Positions 54,561 to 63,479 of a DNA stretch of 64,000 nucleotides are shown here, in pieces. Under the pieces are notes generated by a model that saw nothing but the letters and a program-made list of their open reading frames with translations, did no database searches and was not told where the DNA came from. The translations under genes and the position numbers were made by a program. Every line of letters starts with the position of its first letter. Position 1 is the first letter of the stretch. The stretch lies in sequence record MT446413.1. One strand, given 5' to 3'. The DNA is from Escherichia virus TH42.

Positions 54561-54802
54561 TATTTATTTTGTGTTTCCAGCTCGATAATACGAACCTTCA
54601 ATCCATTGATTTCTGCATTAGCAGCTTCTAACTTAATCAAACTTTCTTCAGCGTTAGCTTCAATCTGGATAACAGCAGTAGTCAGTTCATACAAAGCTTG
54701 ACGTAAGGTATCCTTACCCATAGAGTGAATCTGTGCAAGGAGATGTTGTTTACCTTCGGTTGTTTCCAGAGTTTCTTTTAATTCTTTAGAGGTTAGAGTC
54801 AC
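54560..54802 (-). CDS. coiled-coil protein (80 aa)
   Basis: Track ORF, heptad-like charged sequence. Confidence 0.45.
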   Translation of the reverse strand: MTLTSKELKETLETTEGKQHLLAQIHSMGKDTLRQALYELTTAVIQIEANAEESLIKLEAANAEINGLKVRIIELETQNK

Positions 54803-54804
54803 TA

Positions 54805-54969
54805 TTAATTCCTTTCGTAGATTTTGAGAACTGTACCACCATCTGCTTCAATCTGAGCAACGACTTCATCGCGCTCTTCATCAGTATAAACCAGTTGGTT
54901 ATGAAATTTACCAGTGGAATCTTGGTAATAGATGTTCCACTTTGGGGCGGGTTTACGAATCAGGTCCAT
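54805..54969 (-). CDS. small hypothetical protein (54 aa)
   Basis: Hand-translated MDLIRKPAPKWNIYYQDSTGKFHNQLVYTDEERDEVVAQIEADGGTVLKIYERN; fills gap between track ORFs. Confidence 0.3.
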   Translation of the reverse strand: MDLIRKPAPKWNIYYQDSTGKFHNQLVYTDEERDEVVAQIEADGGTVLKIYERN

Positions 54970-55153
54970 CATTTAGCTTTCTCCTCTCGTTCTACCCATG
55001 TTTGAAATAATTCACCATAAGCTTTAGCGTCTTCAAAACGACCTTCATCCTGTGCGAGCTTTTGTTGCTTCAAGCACCATTCAGAACTTTTTACTTCTTC
55101 CACTTCCTTGTCTCCTTAAAAAGAACTAATCAATAAGACTAGTTCATTTTCAA

Positions 55154-57001
55154 TTAGTGCGTATGCTGCCAATTCAGTCCAATCTTACAATCTGATGCAA
55201 GAGGGCATTCCATCTTGAGGTATTCACCCGCTTTACGAACACATTCCTCAGTGAGAGTGCGAAGTTTGTTAACATCATCACGATGTACAGTGAACTGACC
55301 TTCATCATGCATGTCGATAACCTTCGCACAACGAACACCATCACGCTCAATCCATTTATTGAGGAATAGCATTGCATACTTCATAACAATCGCCCCAGCG
55401 CTCTGTAAGAGCGTATTTAAGGCTTTGTGTGTCATGACCTTTCCTGTACCGTCACGTCTCATTGTAATACGACGACCGTCAACACCGTAGATGTATCCAC
55501 TTTGTGCTTTCTCTGTCATACGTTCAATAAGGATTGCAATACAAGGGTTCTCTGCTAAGAATCTAGCTCTCATTATAGAACCTTCATCAGCCCCACCACC
55601 AACAATACTACCTAGCTTAGCATCACCAGCTCCGTAGTTGAATGCGTAGATAAACGTCTTAGCATTATCACGGGTAGGCAAGCCAGCAAGTTTCTGGTTA
55701 TGGGAGTGAATATCACCCTGTAAGAGAATATCTCTGTACAATACGGCAGATGCTAAACCGCGTTCAGCTTCTCGTTTCTTAGCTGGGTTATTCTCTTGTT
55801 CTGCCTCTGCCAACATCTCACGACACTCTTTAATAAGGTAGTGAGCCAGCATACGCAGTTCTAACCCTGAACCATCATAACCAAGAAATACTTCATGACC
55901 AGAAGGTATGTAATATTTCAGAGCACCTATCGGTTTGTCTTTCTTGCCCGGTTTTCCCACTTCGTAGATAGTGTTTGTACCTTTTCGTACGTAACACCCA
56001 TCAGGGATATGGTTGGTAATGATGATAGGATTGTGATTACTATCACTTGAGGTACAGTCAGACTGAAATAGACTGCGGCACTCGTGACCAAACAAACCGC
56101 GAGAAGGAATATTAACAACAATACGGTGTTTAAAACGAAATGTCGGAGTAGCGCAGCTATTAGCTTCGGCGGACAACTTACCATCTTCTCGTTCCTTGTC
56201 TATAAGACCATTAATCAAGCCAAGCCTGTGAGCCGCTACAACACGTCTCTTAAGCAAACCTCCCACACCCCCTAGCTCACCCCCAAGACCTTCTTCAAGC
56301 GTCTCCTCGAGGTTTGTAGGAGCTGTAGGCCACTTGTTTGACATGGCTAAAGCTTTCTTAATTTCATCAAAGGTTACAGGCTTCTTCCTGTTCGGATTCA
56401 AGCCTAAACCACTAACGTACGCTTTCATGTAATTGACAGTGTGATAACGGAAGTGTTTATCCAAGAACCGACGAATGTCAGCGTCAATCATCTCAGCTGT
56501 CTGTTTTTCTTTAGCGTTTCCCCGCATCCAAGCAGAATACCAAGCAGCATATGTGCCATACTTCTTCATCGCTTTACGGATTTCGTAAGTATTCCAAGGT
56601 TTCTTGGATGTGTTCCACTCTGGAGGAATAAAGCCTTCGTCCATCAAGGCTTCTTTGATACGTGCATCTTTCGATGGGTCGAAGTCTACATACTCAACGC
56701 AAGTAAACGCCCCACCGATATCTTCCCTTTTAAGACCAACTCTGTCACAATAGAGCTGAGGCCACTTCTGTAAAGAACCTGACTTCTTAAAAGGTTTCGA
56801 ATAAGTTGAACCATCCACCCGCATTTTGGGGAGGAGAGGAATCAGTTCTTTATCAATATTGACAATAATCTCTTTGAGAAGGTGAACAAACCACCGAGCG
56901 TTTCTTCTGTGGAAGTTGACGCCATGCTTCGCCTGCTTTGAGATTATATCAGCGACTGTCATCTCCGTTATGAAAGGTAACTTATCAGGGTTATCCATCA
57001 C
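55154..57001 (-). CDS. DNA polymerase, family A (polymerase domain)
   Basis: Motif A DGSGLELR, motif B RDNAKTFIYAFNYGAG, motif C HDEGQF; no 3'-5' exonuclease motifs seen in the N-terminal 330 aa. Confidence 0.85.
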   Translation of the reverse strand: MMDNPDKLPFITEMTVADIISKQAKHGVNFHRRNARWFVHLLKEIIVNIDKELIPLLPKMRVDGSTYSKPFKKSGSLQKWPQLYCDRVGLKREDIGGAFTCVEYVDFDPSKDARIKEALMDEGFIPPEWNTSKKPWNTYEIRKAMKKYGTYAAWYSAWMRGNAKEKQTAEMIDADIRRFLDKHFRYHTVNYMKAYVSGLGLNPNRKKPVTFDEIKKALAMSNKWPTAPTNLEETLEEGLGGELGGVGGLLKRRVVAAHRLGLINGLIDKEREDGKLSAEANSCATPTFRFKHRIVVNIPSRGLFGHECRSLFQSDCTSSDSNHNPIIITNHIPDGCYVRKGTNTIYEVGKPGKKDKPIGALKYYIPSGHEVFLGYDGSGLELRMLAHYLIKECREMLAEAEQENNPAKKREAERGLASAVLYRDILLQGDIHSHNQKLAGLPTRDNAKTFIYAFNYGAGDAKLGSIVGGGADEGSIMRARFLAENPCIAILIERMTEKAQSGYIYGVDGRRITMRRDGTGKVMTHKALNTLLQSAGAIVMKYAMLFLNKWIERDGVRCAKVIDMHDEGQFTVHRDDVNKLRTLTEECVRKAGEYLKMECPLASDCKIGLNWQHTH

Positions 57002-57014
57002 CCACTCCTTATAA

Positions 57015-57368
57015 TTATTGGTATATTAAATCAGTGAACGCTTGGTTATCCTCGACAATATCTAACTGTTCATAGGATTCCGTTAATTCATCCACATAAA
57101 AGACTGCTGGAATATCTTCTGCTCGCTGTCTACGAGTTTCTCTTCGTTCATTGCTGTTTCTCTGAACCTGTGCAAGTTTCATACCCCACACCTGCTCATA
57201 CAACTCAGGATACTTATCACTAACCACTACAAAGTTTCGAGCTGGTTGGTTTCGGTTAATCTTCGCTGTTAATTCAATAAACTGACGAAACTCTTGAATG
57301 GAGAGGTTGTCATGAATATTGTCCCATTTGAGAACGCAGTGACGTTCTAGGCGTTGAGGTACTGGCAT
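57015..57368 (-). CDS. hypothetical protein (117 aa)
   Basis: Track ORF just upstream of polymerase gene. Confidence 0.5.
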   Translation of the reverse strand: MPVPQRLERHCVLKWDNIHDNLSIQEFRQFIELTAKINRNQPARNFVVVSDKYPELYEQVWGMKLAQVQRNSNERRETRRQRAEDIPAVFYVDELTESYEQLDIVEDNQAFTDLIYQ

Positions 57369-57371
57369 AAC

Positions 57372-57641
57372 TTACTCCACTGTCGGGAAAGGTTTCAGAT
57401 TGTTCATAGCTGTACGAACATCAGCACAGATTTCAAGATCACGATAAGAAAGGAATTTACCATCCTTACCACGAATCATTACATTCGTCCGTGCTGTTTT
57501 ATTAGGTAATAGAGAAATCCCTCCAATAAGATGATTGGTAGGGTGTTGTCCTTGATTAACCTTGTAATCATGAGTCTGAGCGTCACCGTTAAAGAGATGA
57601 TCACGAATTTGGATTAAGCTAATCTTCATATTATGCACCAA
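57372..57641 (-). CDS. hypothetical protein, tandem paralog a (89 aa)
   Basis: NVMIRGKDGKFLSYRD...NNLKPFPTVE parallels the adjacent ORF. Confidence 0.5.
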   Translation of the reverse strand: MVHNMKISLIQIRDHLFNGDAQTHDYKVNQGQHPTNHLIGGISLLPNKTARTNVMIRGKDGKFLSYRDLEICADVRTAMNNLKPFPTVE

Positions 57642-57882
57642 AGTTAGGGAAAGGTTTCAGATTTTCAATAGACTTAGCAATACGCTTAGGAACAGCCTTA
57701 TCGCGGAAGGAGATGAACTTGCCATCAGGACCACGAAGAGCCACGTTAGTACGAGCTGTTGTTGGGTTAAATTGAATCATCTCAACAGAGCTTGTAACAT
57801 TGCTCACGGGGAAGGTGTAGCTTTCAGTTACATCCAGAAAAGGAAAGAAATCAGTTACAGTGATATAAGTTACTTTAGACAT
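57631..57882 (-). CDS. hypothetical protein, tandem paralog b (83 aa)
   Basis: NVALRGPDGKFISFRD...ENLKPFPNFGA. Confidence 0.5.
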   Translation of the reverse strand: MSKVTYITVTDFFPFLDVTESYTFPVSNVTSSVEMIQFNPTTARTNVALRGPDGKFISFRDKAVPKRIAKSIENLKPFPNFGA

Positions 57883-57904
57883 ATTTATTACCTTAGATTA
57901 TATA

Positions 57905-57940
57905 AAAGAAAAGGCCACCCGAAATGGGTAGCCTTATATT
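57905..57940 (-). terminator. terminator-like hairpin
   Basis: AAGGCCACCC-GAAAT-GGGTAGCCTT (one mismatch) with A-tract on plus strand. Confidence 0.4.
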
Positions 57941-58433
57941 AACTTGAGCTTAAAGCATGTCGGATAGCTGTGTGACTTACGCCAAACATCTTACCTAGTG
58001 CTCTTGTTCCATGAGTGGTAGAGCCTTTAACATATAAACTCTTGATCTTCTCCACATCCAATGTGTTGATTTTAGTCATTCCATTAGCATCCCTCTCTTT
58101 ACCAACATTAAGACCTGTTGAAAAAGCATGTTGCATATTTTCATGACCAGTGACCCACTCTAGGTTCTCTAACCTATTATCACTTTTGTTACCATTGATG
58201 TGGTTAATTTGTGGTTTATTTTCAGGGTTAGGTATGAGCACAGAAGCTATAAGTCTGTGAGCTTTCCATCTCCTCCCTTCAAAGTAAACTCTGATATACC
58301 CTTTTTCATCAACAGCCCCTGCCACTTTTCCCGGATGTGATTTATTCCATTTCTTACCTTTAGAGCTAGATTCGGTAAAAATCAATAAACCAGTATCCAG
58401 GTCGTATGACAAGTAGTCGGAAATCGGAATCAT
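57939..58433 (-). CDS. HNH endonuclease (putative homing endonuclease)
   Basis: NHINGNKSDNRLENLEWVTGHENMQHA is a canonical HNH motif. Confidence 0.6.
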   Translation of the reverse strand: MIPISDYLSYDLDTGLLIFTESSSKGKKWNKSHPGKVAGAVDEKGYIRVYFEGRRWKAHRLIASVLIPNPENKPQINHINGNKSDNRLENLEWVTGHENMQHAFSTGLNVGKERDANGMTKINTLDVEKIKSLYVKGSTTHGTRALGKMFGVSHTAIRHALSSS

Positions 58434-58753
58434 TGACTTAGAGCGCCTTTTCTCGATTTGACTCCTCCTGCTGATTTTCCAGCACGATCTCCACTTTTGC
58501 CGCCGTTCGAGCGATTTCCAGAGACTGATTCAACACGTAAGTTACTTGACGCATTAGAACCTCCCGACTTGATTGATCGTTTATGTCCAACATCTTTACC
58601 TCGGACAGCAGCTTTTCCATCGCGCTTTTCAACGATGCGACGTGCACGGTGGCGCTGAGCATCTCCGCTCTTGCTACCAACGCCGGTTTCACCCCTTGCG
58701 ATTGCAGTTCTTCGTTCTTGTGCATAATCACGTTTTGCCTTATCAGTCATCAT
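58430..58753 (-). CDS. hypothetical basic Gly/Arg/Lys-rich protein (frame ambiguous)
   Basis: Start-stop coupled to HNH gene, but 58438..58731 in another frame gives a more ordinary composition; which frame is coding cannot be decided by eye. Confidence 0.3.
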   Translation of the reverse strand: MMTDKAKRDYAQERRTAIARGETGVGSKSGDAQRHRARRIVEKRDGKAAVRGKDVGHKRSIKSGGSNASSNLRVESVSGNRSNGGKSGDRAGKSAGGVKSRKGALSQ

Positions 58754-58797
58754 AACTCCTTAATATATCAGTGTACACTAAGGAGTATACATTATGT

Positions 58798-59535
58798 TTA
58801 GGATTTTTCAGATTCCATTGCTTTAACAATAGCTTTACAGAAACCTGAACGAACAATATCATCTGACTCACCATCAACCAAAGCAGCAAACTCAAACAGG
58901 TTGTGCTTGTCAATGAAGTCAGTAGCCCATTCCAAACCACTCTCACCACGCATGTCATGCTGGTTAGTGTCACCCATACAGAACATCTGAGAGGTTTCAC
59001 CAAGACGAGTCATAATAGAATATGCTTCATCAGGAGTGGTGTTCTGAAACTCGTCAACAATCACAATAGCATCATTGAACGAACGACCACGGAGGTATTC
59101 CAGAGGTACGAACTCAATGTTACCATTACCAATTTGACACTCGTAGAAACCTTTACCGTAACGCTGAGTAATAACATCAACGATTGGCATCAGGTAAGGT
59201 TCGAACTTCTCACGCAATCCGCCGGGAAGTAATCCAAGCGAGTTGCCCATACCAACAGCAGGCCGGCTTAGGATAATCTTTTGAATCTTCCCACTTTTCA
59301 GAGCATCAATAACTGTTGTTGTGATAGCATAGGTCTTACCGCAACCAGCAGGAGCATCCGTAAAGACTACTTGTTTAGTCTTGATAGCATTGAGCAGTTC
59401 GGATTGAAACTGATTCTGAGGGACTACAGGCTTAGCAAGAACAACTTCTTGATACTCACGTTTACCTTTATTAGTCACCTGTTCACCACGACGAGCTGCT
59501 TTCCGTGCTTCTCTACGAGTTTCTCTGCGATTCAT
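58798..59535 (-). CDS. phoH: PhoH-like ATPase
   Basis: Walker A DAPAGCGKTYAITT and downstream DE/ND motifs in PhoH-like order. Confidence 0.8.
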   Translation of the reverse strand: MNRRETRREARKAARRGEQVTNKGKREYQEVVLAKPVVPQNQFQSELLNAIKTKQVVFTDAPAGCGKTYAITTTVIDALKSGKIQKIILSRPAVGMGNSLGLLPGGLREKFEPYLMPIVDVITQRYGKGFYECQIGNGNIEFVPLEYLRGRSFNDAIVIVDEFQNTTPDEAYSIMTRLGETSQMFCMGDTNQHDMRGESGLEWATDFIDKHNLFEFAALVDGESDDIVRSGFCKAIVKAMESEKS

Positions 59536-59713
59536 TTTCTACCTCCAAGTTCTTCATACGTGTAGCTACAGGATTTACACTCTGAACAATGAGTACCTAT
59601 AACCTTAACTTCGACAAATTTCTTATTCTTCCCTTTCGTCGGAGAGCCTTTAGCAAGCTCTCGTATTACTTTCGAGTCCAGATGGAGAAGAGTGGATTCA
59701 CATTTAAAACATT

Positions 59714-60034
59714 TCAGATAGATTTGTCCTTATGTAAACGATATACTTCAGTAGCCATACAAGCAATACGCTCGTCATGAGGGAGATGCATACCAGTAGA
59801 GCCATTCCACCCATTGAACTCTGAATCAAAGAATCCAATAGGCTCAGGATACATCTCTTGCAAAGTGGTTAAGTCATCAGCCACTTGTTGCCATTTATTA
59901 TCAGACCAGATTGGGTCATCCAACCAATAATACAAATAGGAGTGGATAAGCATCTGCGTTCTGTGTCGTTTAATCACTTCAGCAGGACTAATCTCGTTTC
60001 CGTTACCAGTCCTAAATGTATTATCATTAATCAT
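59714..60034 (-). CDS. hypothetical protein (106 aa)
   Basis: Track ORF on block strand. Confidence 0.5.
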   Translation of the reverse strand: MINDNTFRTGNGNEISPAEVIKRHRTQMLIHSYLYYWLDDPIWSDNKWQQVADDLTTLQEMYPEPIGFFDSEFNGWNGSTGMHLPHDERIACMATEVYRLHKDKSI

Positions 60035-60035
60035 T

Positions 60036-60248
60036 TTAAACCTTTTCGATTTTAATTAAATCAACATCAGCCCAAATACCAACAGGTATCAGCTTCTTCT
60101 TGGATTTAAGGGCAACATCATAGATGCTTTGCCAAGGCCAGATAAACACTTCAGAGATAATCTCATAAGGTTCAATCTTGGTGGGGTATGGATTCCTGTC
60201 TGAGATACGGAAAGTAAATCGATGTTTTCCTAATACTAAACCTTTCAT
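60036..60248 (-). CDS. hypothetical protein (70 aa)
   Basis: Track ORF, 1-nt spacing to neighbours. Confidence 0.45.
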   Translation of the reverse strand: MKGLVLGKHRFTFRISDRNPYPTKIEPYEIISEVFIWPWQSIYDVALKSKKKLIPVGIWADVDLIKIEKV

Positions 60249-60458
60249 TTACTTAACCTCAATAATCCCAAGTTTCCAAACATATCCGGGAGAAGAGTCC
60301 TGAACAGCTCCGTATTGAAGAACAACATCACAAGCATCACTACCCATACCATCTAGCATCAGCTGACCACGAGTAGGACGGTCTTTGTAATAAGTTGCTT
60401 TTACTTCTGTGTCGTGAGTCCATTCACTAAAGCATAGACTTAATTTGTAGATTCTCAT
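60249..60458 (-). CDS. hypothetical protein (69 aa)
   Basis: Track ORF; overlaps upstream gene by 4 nt. Confidence 0.45.
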   Translation of the reverse strand: MRIYKLSLCFSEWTHDTEVKATYYKDRPTRGQLMLDGMGSDACDVVLQYGAVQDSSPGYVWKLGIIEVK

Positions 60459-60934
60459 TCCAAAACCCTTTCTTCTAAATCATAAAAGATTTGATTTGTC
60501 CCATTATTCTCAACAAGCACTGTACCATTATCTAACAGAGTAGCAACTTGTGAATAAGGAATGTTCTTTAACATCAGAGCGTTGATGGTTGGCTTATTTT
60601 TGAAGTAAGCGACCGGTTCAACATAGAAGGAAATCCCACGACTCCCTTTGATTGGGGTACTCGAAGACAATACCCAAATTGTTTCTGGCTTGCCCACTTC
60701 TTTTTCAACACCAACCTCAACAAGTGAGTCAGCAGCAAAACCTACAGGTCGCTTAGAAGAGCCAAGCAACCGAACAAACCCCGGCAGTTTTGACATATTA
60801 GACCAACTACCAGTCTTTTCATTAAATACAGGTTTTACATCACCATATACCCAAACTTGATTATCCCAGTCACGGGCTATGTATTTGGCCCAATCAGGAA
60901 CATCATATTCTCTTCCTTCAAAAACAGCTTTCAT
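60455..60934 (-). CDS. hypothetical protein (159 aa)
   Basis: Track ORF on block strand. Confidence 0.5.
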   Translation of the reverse strand: MKAVFEGREYDVPDWAKYIARDWDNQVWVYGDVKPVFNEKTGSWSNMSKLPGFVRLLGSSKRPVGFAADSLVEVGVEKEVGKPETIWVLSSSTPIKGSRGISFYVEPVAYFKNKPTINALMLKNIPYSQVATLLDNGTVLVENNGTNQIFYDLEERVLE

Positions 60935-61129
60935 TTAGATAACCTTGTGCTTATAGATGCTAGGGTTGAAGTAGTGCAACCAGTTTATATACTGTTTCTG
61001 TTCGAGGTAGTGTCTGCAATCATGACAAAAAGCATGACCCAAACCCGTTTCCTCGTTCAGTTTGAAATTGATAAGAAGCTTATGCTTTTTGCATAAGCTA
61101 CATGCTTTAGTGATTTTCACGTAATGCAT
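60935..61129 (-). CDS. small zinc-ribbon-like protein (start moved to internal Met)
   Basis: Track ORF 60935..61243 overlaps thyX by 137 nt; MHYVKITKACSLCKK...CHDCRHY from Met at 61129 reduces overlap to 23 nt. Confidence 0.35.
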   Translation of the reverse strand: MHYVKITKACSLCKKHKLLINFKLNEETGLGHAFCHDCRHYLEQKQYINWLHYFNPSIYKHKVI

Positions 61130-61757
61130 CCCATGAGATTGGGAAAAGTTTACGAAGCTCTTCATCAATAGTTGATGCGAACAAACGCACCTCATACTGA
61201 GCATGGTCTGACAGACGTTGACGACACAACTCTGACCAACCAAATAAAGAACCTGTCCACACCCACTCAGTGATCATGCCCTGAGGCAATACGAACCGAG
61301 CTTGCTCTGGAGCGATAAACTTAATCAATTCATCATACGACTCAAGAGCTGTTTCATATGCTCGATTAATCAGAACTAGTGCAGAGTTTTGTGCTCCTGT
61401 GGTGAGGAGATTCCCCGCACCTGCATGGAGGTCCGAAGGTCTTTCAAAAATCTCTTTAGGGATGAAGAGTTCAACTGCTCCATCTTTATACCGCCGGGAC
61501 ATTTCGTTCCACGAGAATCCAACTTGATGCTTGCCCAACTGTCTCGCAATTGCGATTGGCGCTTTGCATCGGAAGCTAATTGTTGGATGACGGAATGGTG
61601 TGACATGCTTTTCTCTGGCAAGGAACTTGATAAGGCGTTCATCTCGTTCATTTAACTCTCCTTCACGAGTGACCCCAAAGGAAACTCGAGCTGCATTAAC
61701 AACAGATTTATCAGAACCCATTGCTTCGATTAGTGTTGCTTGTAATTGTTCATTCAT
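61107..61757 (-). CDS. thyX: FAD-dependent thymidylate synthase ThyX
   Basis: VVNAARVSF, HVTPFRH and RQLGKHQVGFSWNEMSRRY match the ThyX signature region, with KHQ where RHR is usual (recalled consensus). Confidence 0.65.
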   Translation of the reverse strand: MNEQLQATLIEAMGSDKSVVNAARVSFGVTREGELNERDERLIKFLAREKHVTPFRHPTISFRCKAPIAIARQLGKHQVGFSWNEMSRRYKDGAVELFIPKEIFERPSDLHAGAGNLLTTGAQNSALVLINRAYETALESYDELIKFIAPEQARFVLPQGMITEWVWTGSLFGWSELCRQRLSDHAQYEVRLFASTIDEELRKLFPISWDALRENH

Positions 61758-61771
61758 CCTTGAACTCTTCC

Positions 61772-61984
61772 TTAATAGTAAACTTTTGGTACTACCACAA
61801 AGAAACCAGTGGCTGTCATATATGCACGGTGGATTGAAATCTTCGAATCACGACCTATCTTCTTGAGAGCACGTTTGGTGCATCGTGCAGTTTTACGAGT
61901 AGCGCAAGTAAGAACCCTTGGGTACTCCATCTCTGGATATTTGGAAACAACAGCCCAGAAATACACATCTTTTCCTTGAGTCAT
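61772..61984 (-). CDS. hypothetical protein, tandem paralog (70 aa)
   Basis: FWAVV...RKTARCTKRALKKIG parallels 62000..62215. Confidence 0.45.
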   Translation of the reverse strand: MTQGKDVYFWAVVSKYPEMEYPRVLTCATRKTARCTKRALKKIGRDSKISIHRAYMTATGFFVVVPKVYY

Positions 61985-61999
61985 AACAGCACCCGTTCC

Positions 62000-62215
62000 T
62001 TAATAATGAATCTTTTTATAAATCATGTTGCTTCCACTTTCTGTTTCAATCCCTTTCTGAATTGTAATCTTAGAAGCGCCAGTGTTAGCAATTTTCAAAG
62101 CTCGCTTAAAGCGGCGAGCCTCTCTCCGTGTTGTGTATGAGGAGAAGCTAGGGATTGTGCTATCAAAATTAAACCACTTAACTACCCAAAAAGTAGTCCA
62201 AGGTTTCTTTTCCAT
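62000..62215 (-). CDS. hypothetical protein, tandem paralog (71 aa)
   Basis: FWVVK...RREARRFKRALKIAN parallels 61772..61984. Confidence 0.45.
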   Translation of the reverse strand: MEKKPWTTFWVVKWFNFDSTIPSFSSYTTRREARRFKRALKIANTGASKITIQKGIETESGSNMIYKKIHY

Positions 62216-62216
62216 A

Positions 62217-62492
62217 TTAAATACCTTTCAGAGCCGTGTCTAAAAATGCACGGAGATTAGATTCAGTTTGCATACCTGATAAACTATAATGAGCACCACT
62301 ATTCTTATCAGGGACGACAAAGGCTGGGATACTGCGAACACCATATTCAACGGCTCGCTCTCGACCATCACCTTCAGAGATATTTACTTCTTCAACTTCT
62401 ACACTGTAGTCAGCCACAACCTTCTTAAGCACAGGAGCCATAGCTGCACACGGAGCACATGAATTACTATAAAACTTAATTACTTTACTCAT
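62217..62492 (-). CDS. thioredoxin/glutaredoxin-like redoxin
   Basis: CAPC active-site dyad after first beta-strand (KVIKFYSNSCAPC); start set at ATG 62492 preceded by AAGGA RBS; track ORF extends further from a non-ATG start. Confidence 0.6.
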   Translation of the reverse strand: MSKVIKFYSNSCAPCAAMAPVLKKVVADYSVEVEEVNISEGDGRERAVEYGVRSIPAFVVPDKNSGAHYSLSGMQTESNLRAFLDTALKGI

Positions 62493-62493
62493 T

Positions 62494-62682
62494 CTATTCC
62501 TTGTTAATAAACAGGTTGATATGACGCTGGGTAGCAGGAACAACAATAAAAGATTTATACTGACCTTTTGCTAAGTCATGAGCAATCTTCTTTGTCTGAC
62601 CAAGACCCATCACACAGCCACTAACGATAATGGCATGTGCTTGTAATTCTTCAGGGAGGTTTAATTTCATTATGCAGTCCAC
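62494..62682 (-). CDS. hypothetical protein (62 aa)
   Basis: Track ORF abutting the redoxin gene. Confidence 0.4.
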   Translation of the reverse strand: MDCIMKLNLPEELQAHAIIVSGCVMGLGQTKKIAHDLAKGQYKSFIVVPATQRHINLFINKE

Positions 62683-62891
62683 AGGTGGAGAAGGAAAGGA
62701 ATAACAACAGAGAAAACTACCAGAGCAATGCTACCATGTTTAATAGGTTTGGCATCATTTGGATTTTCTTTAAGCATTTGCTTTTGAGCCAGATAAACAA
62801 TACCACCAACAAGAATTGCCCACACAGACCATACGATTGCTGAAAACATATTCACATCCTTATAAAGAAGTTCGCCCCACCTCTTAAACAA
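62670..62891 (-). CDS. small membrane protein, two TM segments (73 aa)
   Basis: Hydrophobic segments FSAIVWSVWAILVGGIVYL and IALVVFSVVIPFLLHLW. Confidence 0.45.
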   Translation of the reverse strand: MFKRWGELLYKDVNMFSAIVWSVWAILVGGIVYLAQKQMLKENPNDAKPIKHGSIALVVFSVVIPFLLHLWTA

Positions 62892-62912
62892 AGAGACAGG
62901 GCGGAGGTTTGA

Positions 62913-63479
62913 TTAGTAAGACACATCGCCACTAGAGTGGGACATGTTGCTCTTGACGAAGTAACAGAACTTGCCAAGACCTTCATTAATTTCTTGAAGC
63001 ATACTCTGGTCTACTGGATAAGTGCACAAGTCTGAATCAAACTCGTCCATCTTTTCAATGATACACATCAGAGTCATGCACATGTCGGAAAGCATACCGT
63101 CCATGTCGAGATCAGCACTACCTTCTCTGAACCAAGCACAACTAAGATAGCTACTAGCTGTTGCATCCACTTTGATACAGTGATAACGCATTCGCTCAGC
63201 TACTCGGTCTCCTGTTTCACGAGCATAGTCTTCTAATTCATCGAACATACCATGAACACCTTGGAAACCAGCTCCAGAGACGTTCCAGTGGTAATTCTTT
63301 GCTTTGATGTGTAGAAGCTCAAGGTTAGCCTGCACACCGCATAGGATGTGCTCTAGACTGTTACCGCTGATCAGTTTATTCATTCCCTCAAGACGAGAGA
63401 TAGAGGAGTCAGTTGTAGAGAATGGGTTACTAGAACCCACTCGTGTTAGTTCAGGTAAGTCGAAGACATTATTATGCAT
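62913..63479 (-). CDS. Dps/ferritin-like protein (putative)
   Basis: KNYHWNVSGAGFQGVHGMFDELEDYA resembles the Dps N-terminal helix signature (HWNV.G..F..LH...E..Y); recalled consensus. Confidence 0.45.
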   Translation of the reverse strand: MHNNVFDLPELTRVGSSNPFSTTDSSISRLEGMNKLISGNSLEHILCGVQANLELLHIKAKNYHWNVSGAGFQGVHGMFDELEDYARETGDRVAERMRYHCIKVDATASSYLSCAWFREGSADLDMDGMLSDMCMTLMCIIEKMDEFDSDLCTYPVDQSMLQEINEGLGKFCYFVKSNMSHSSGDVSY

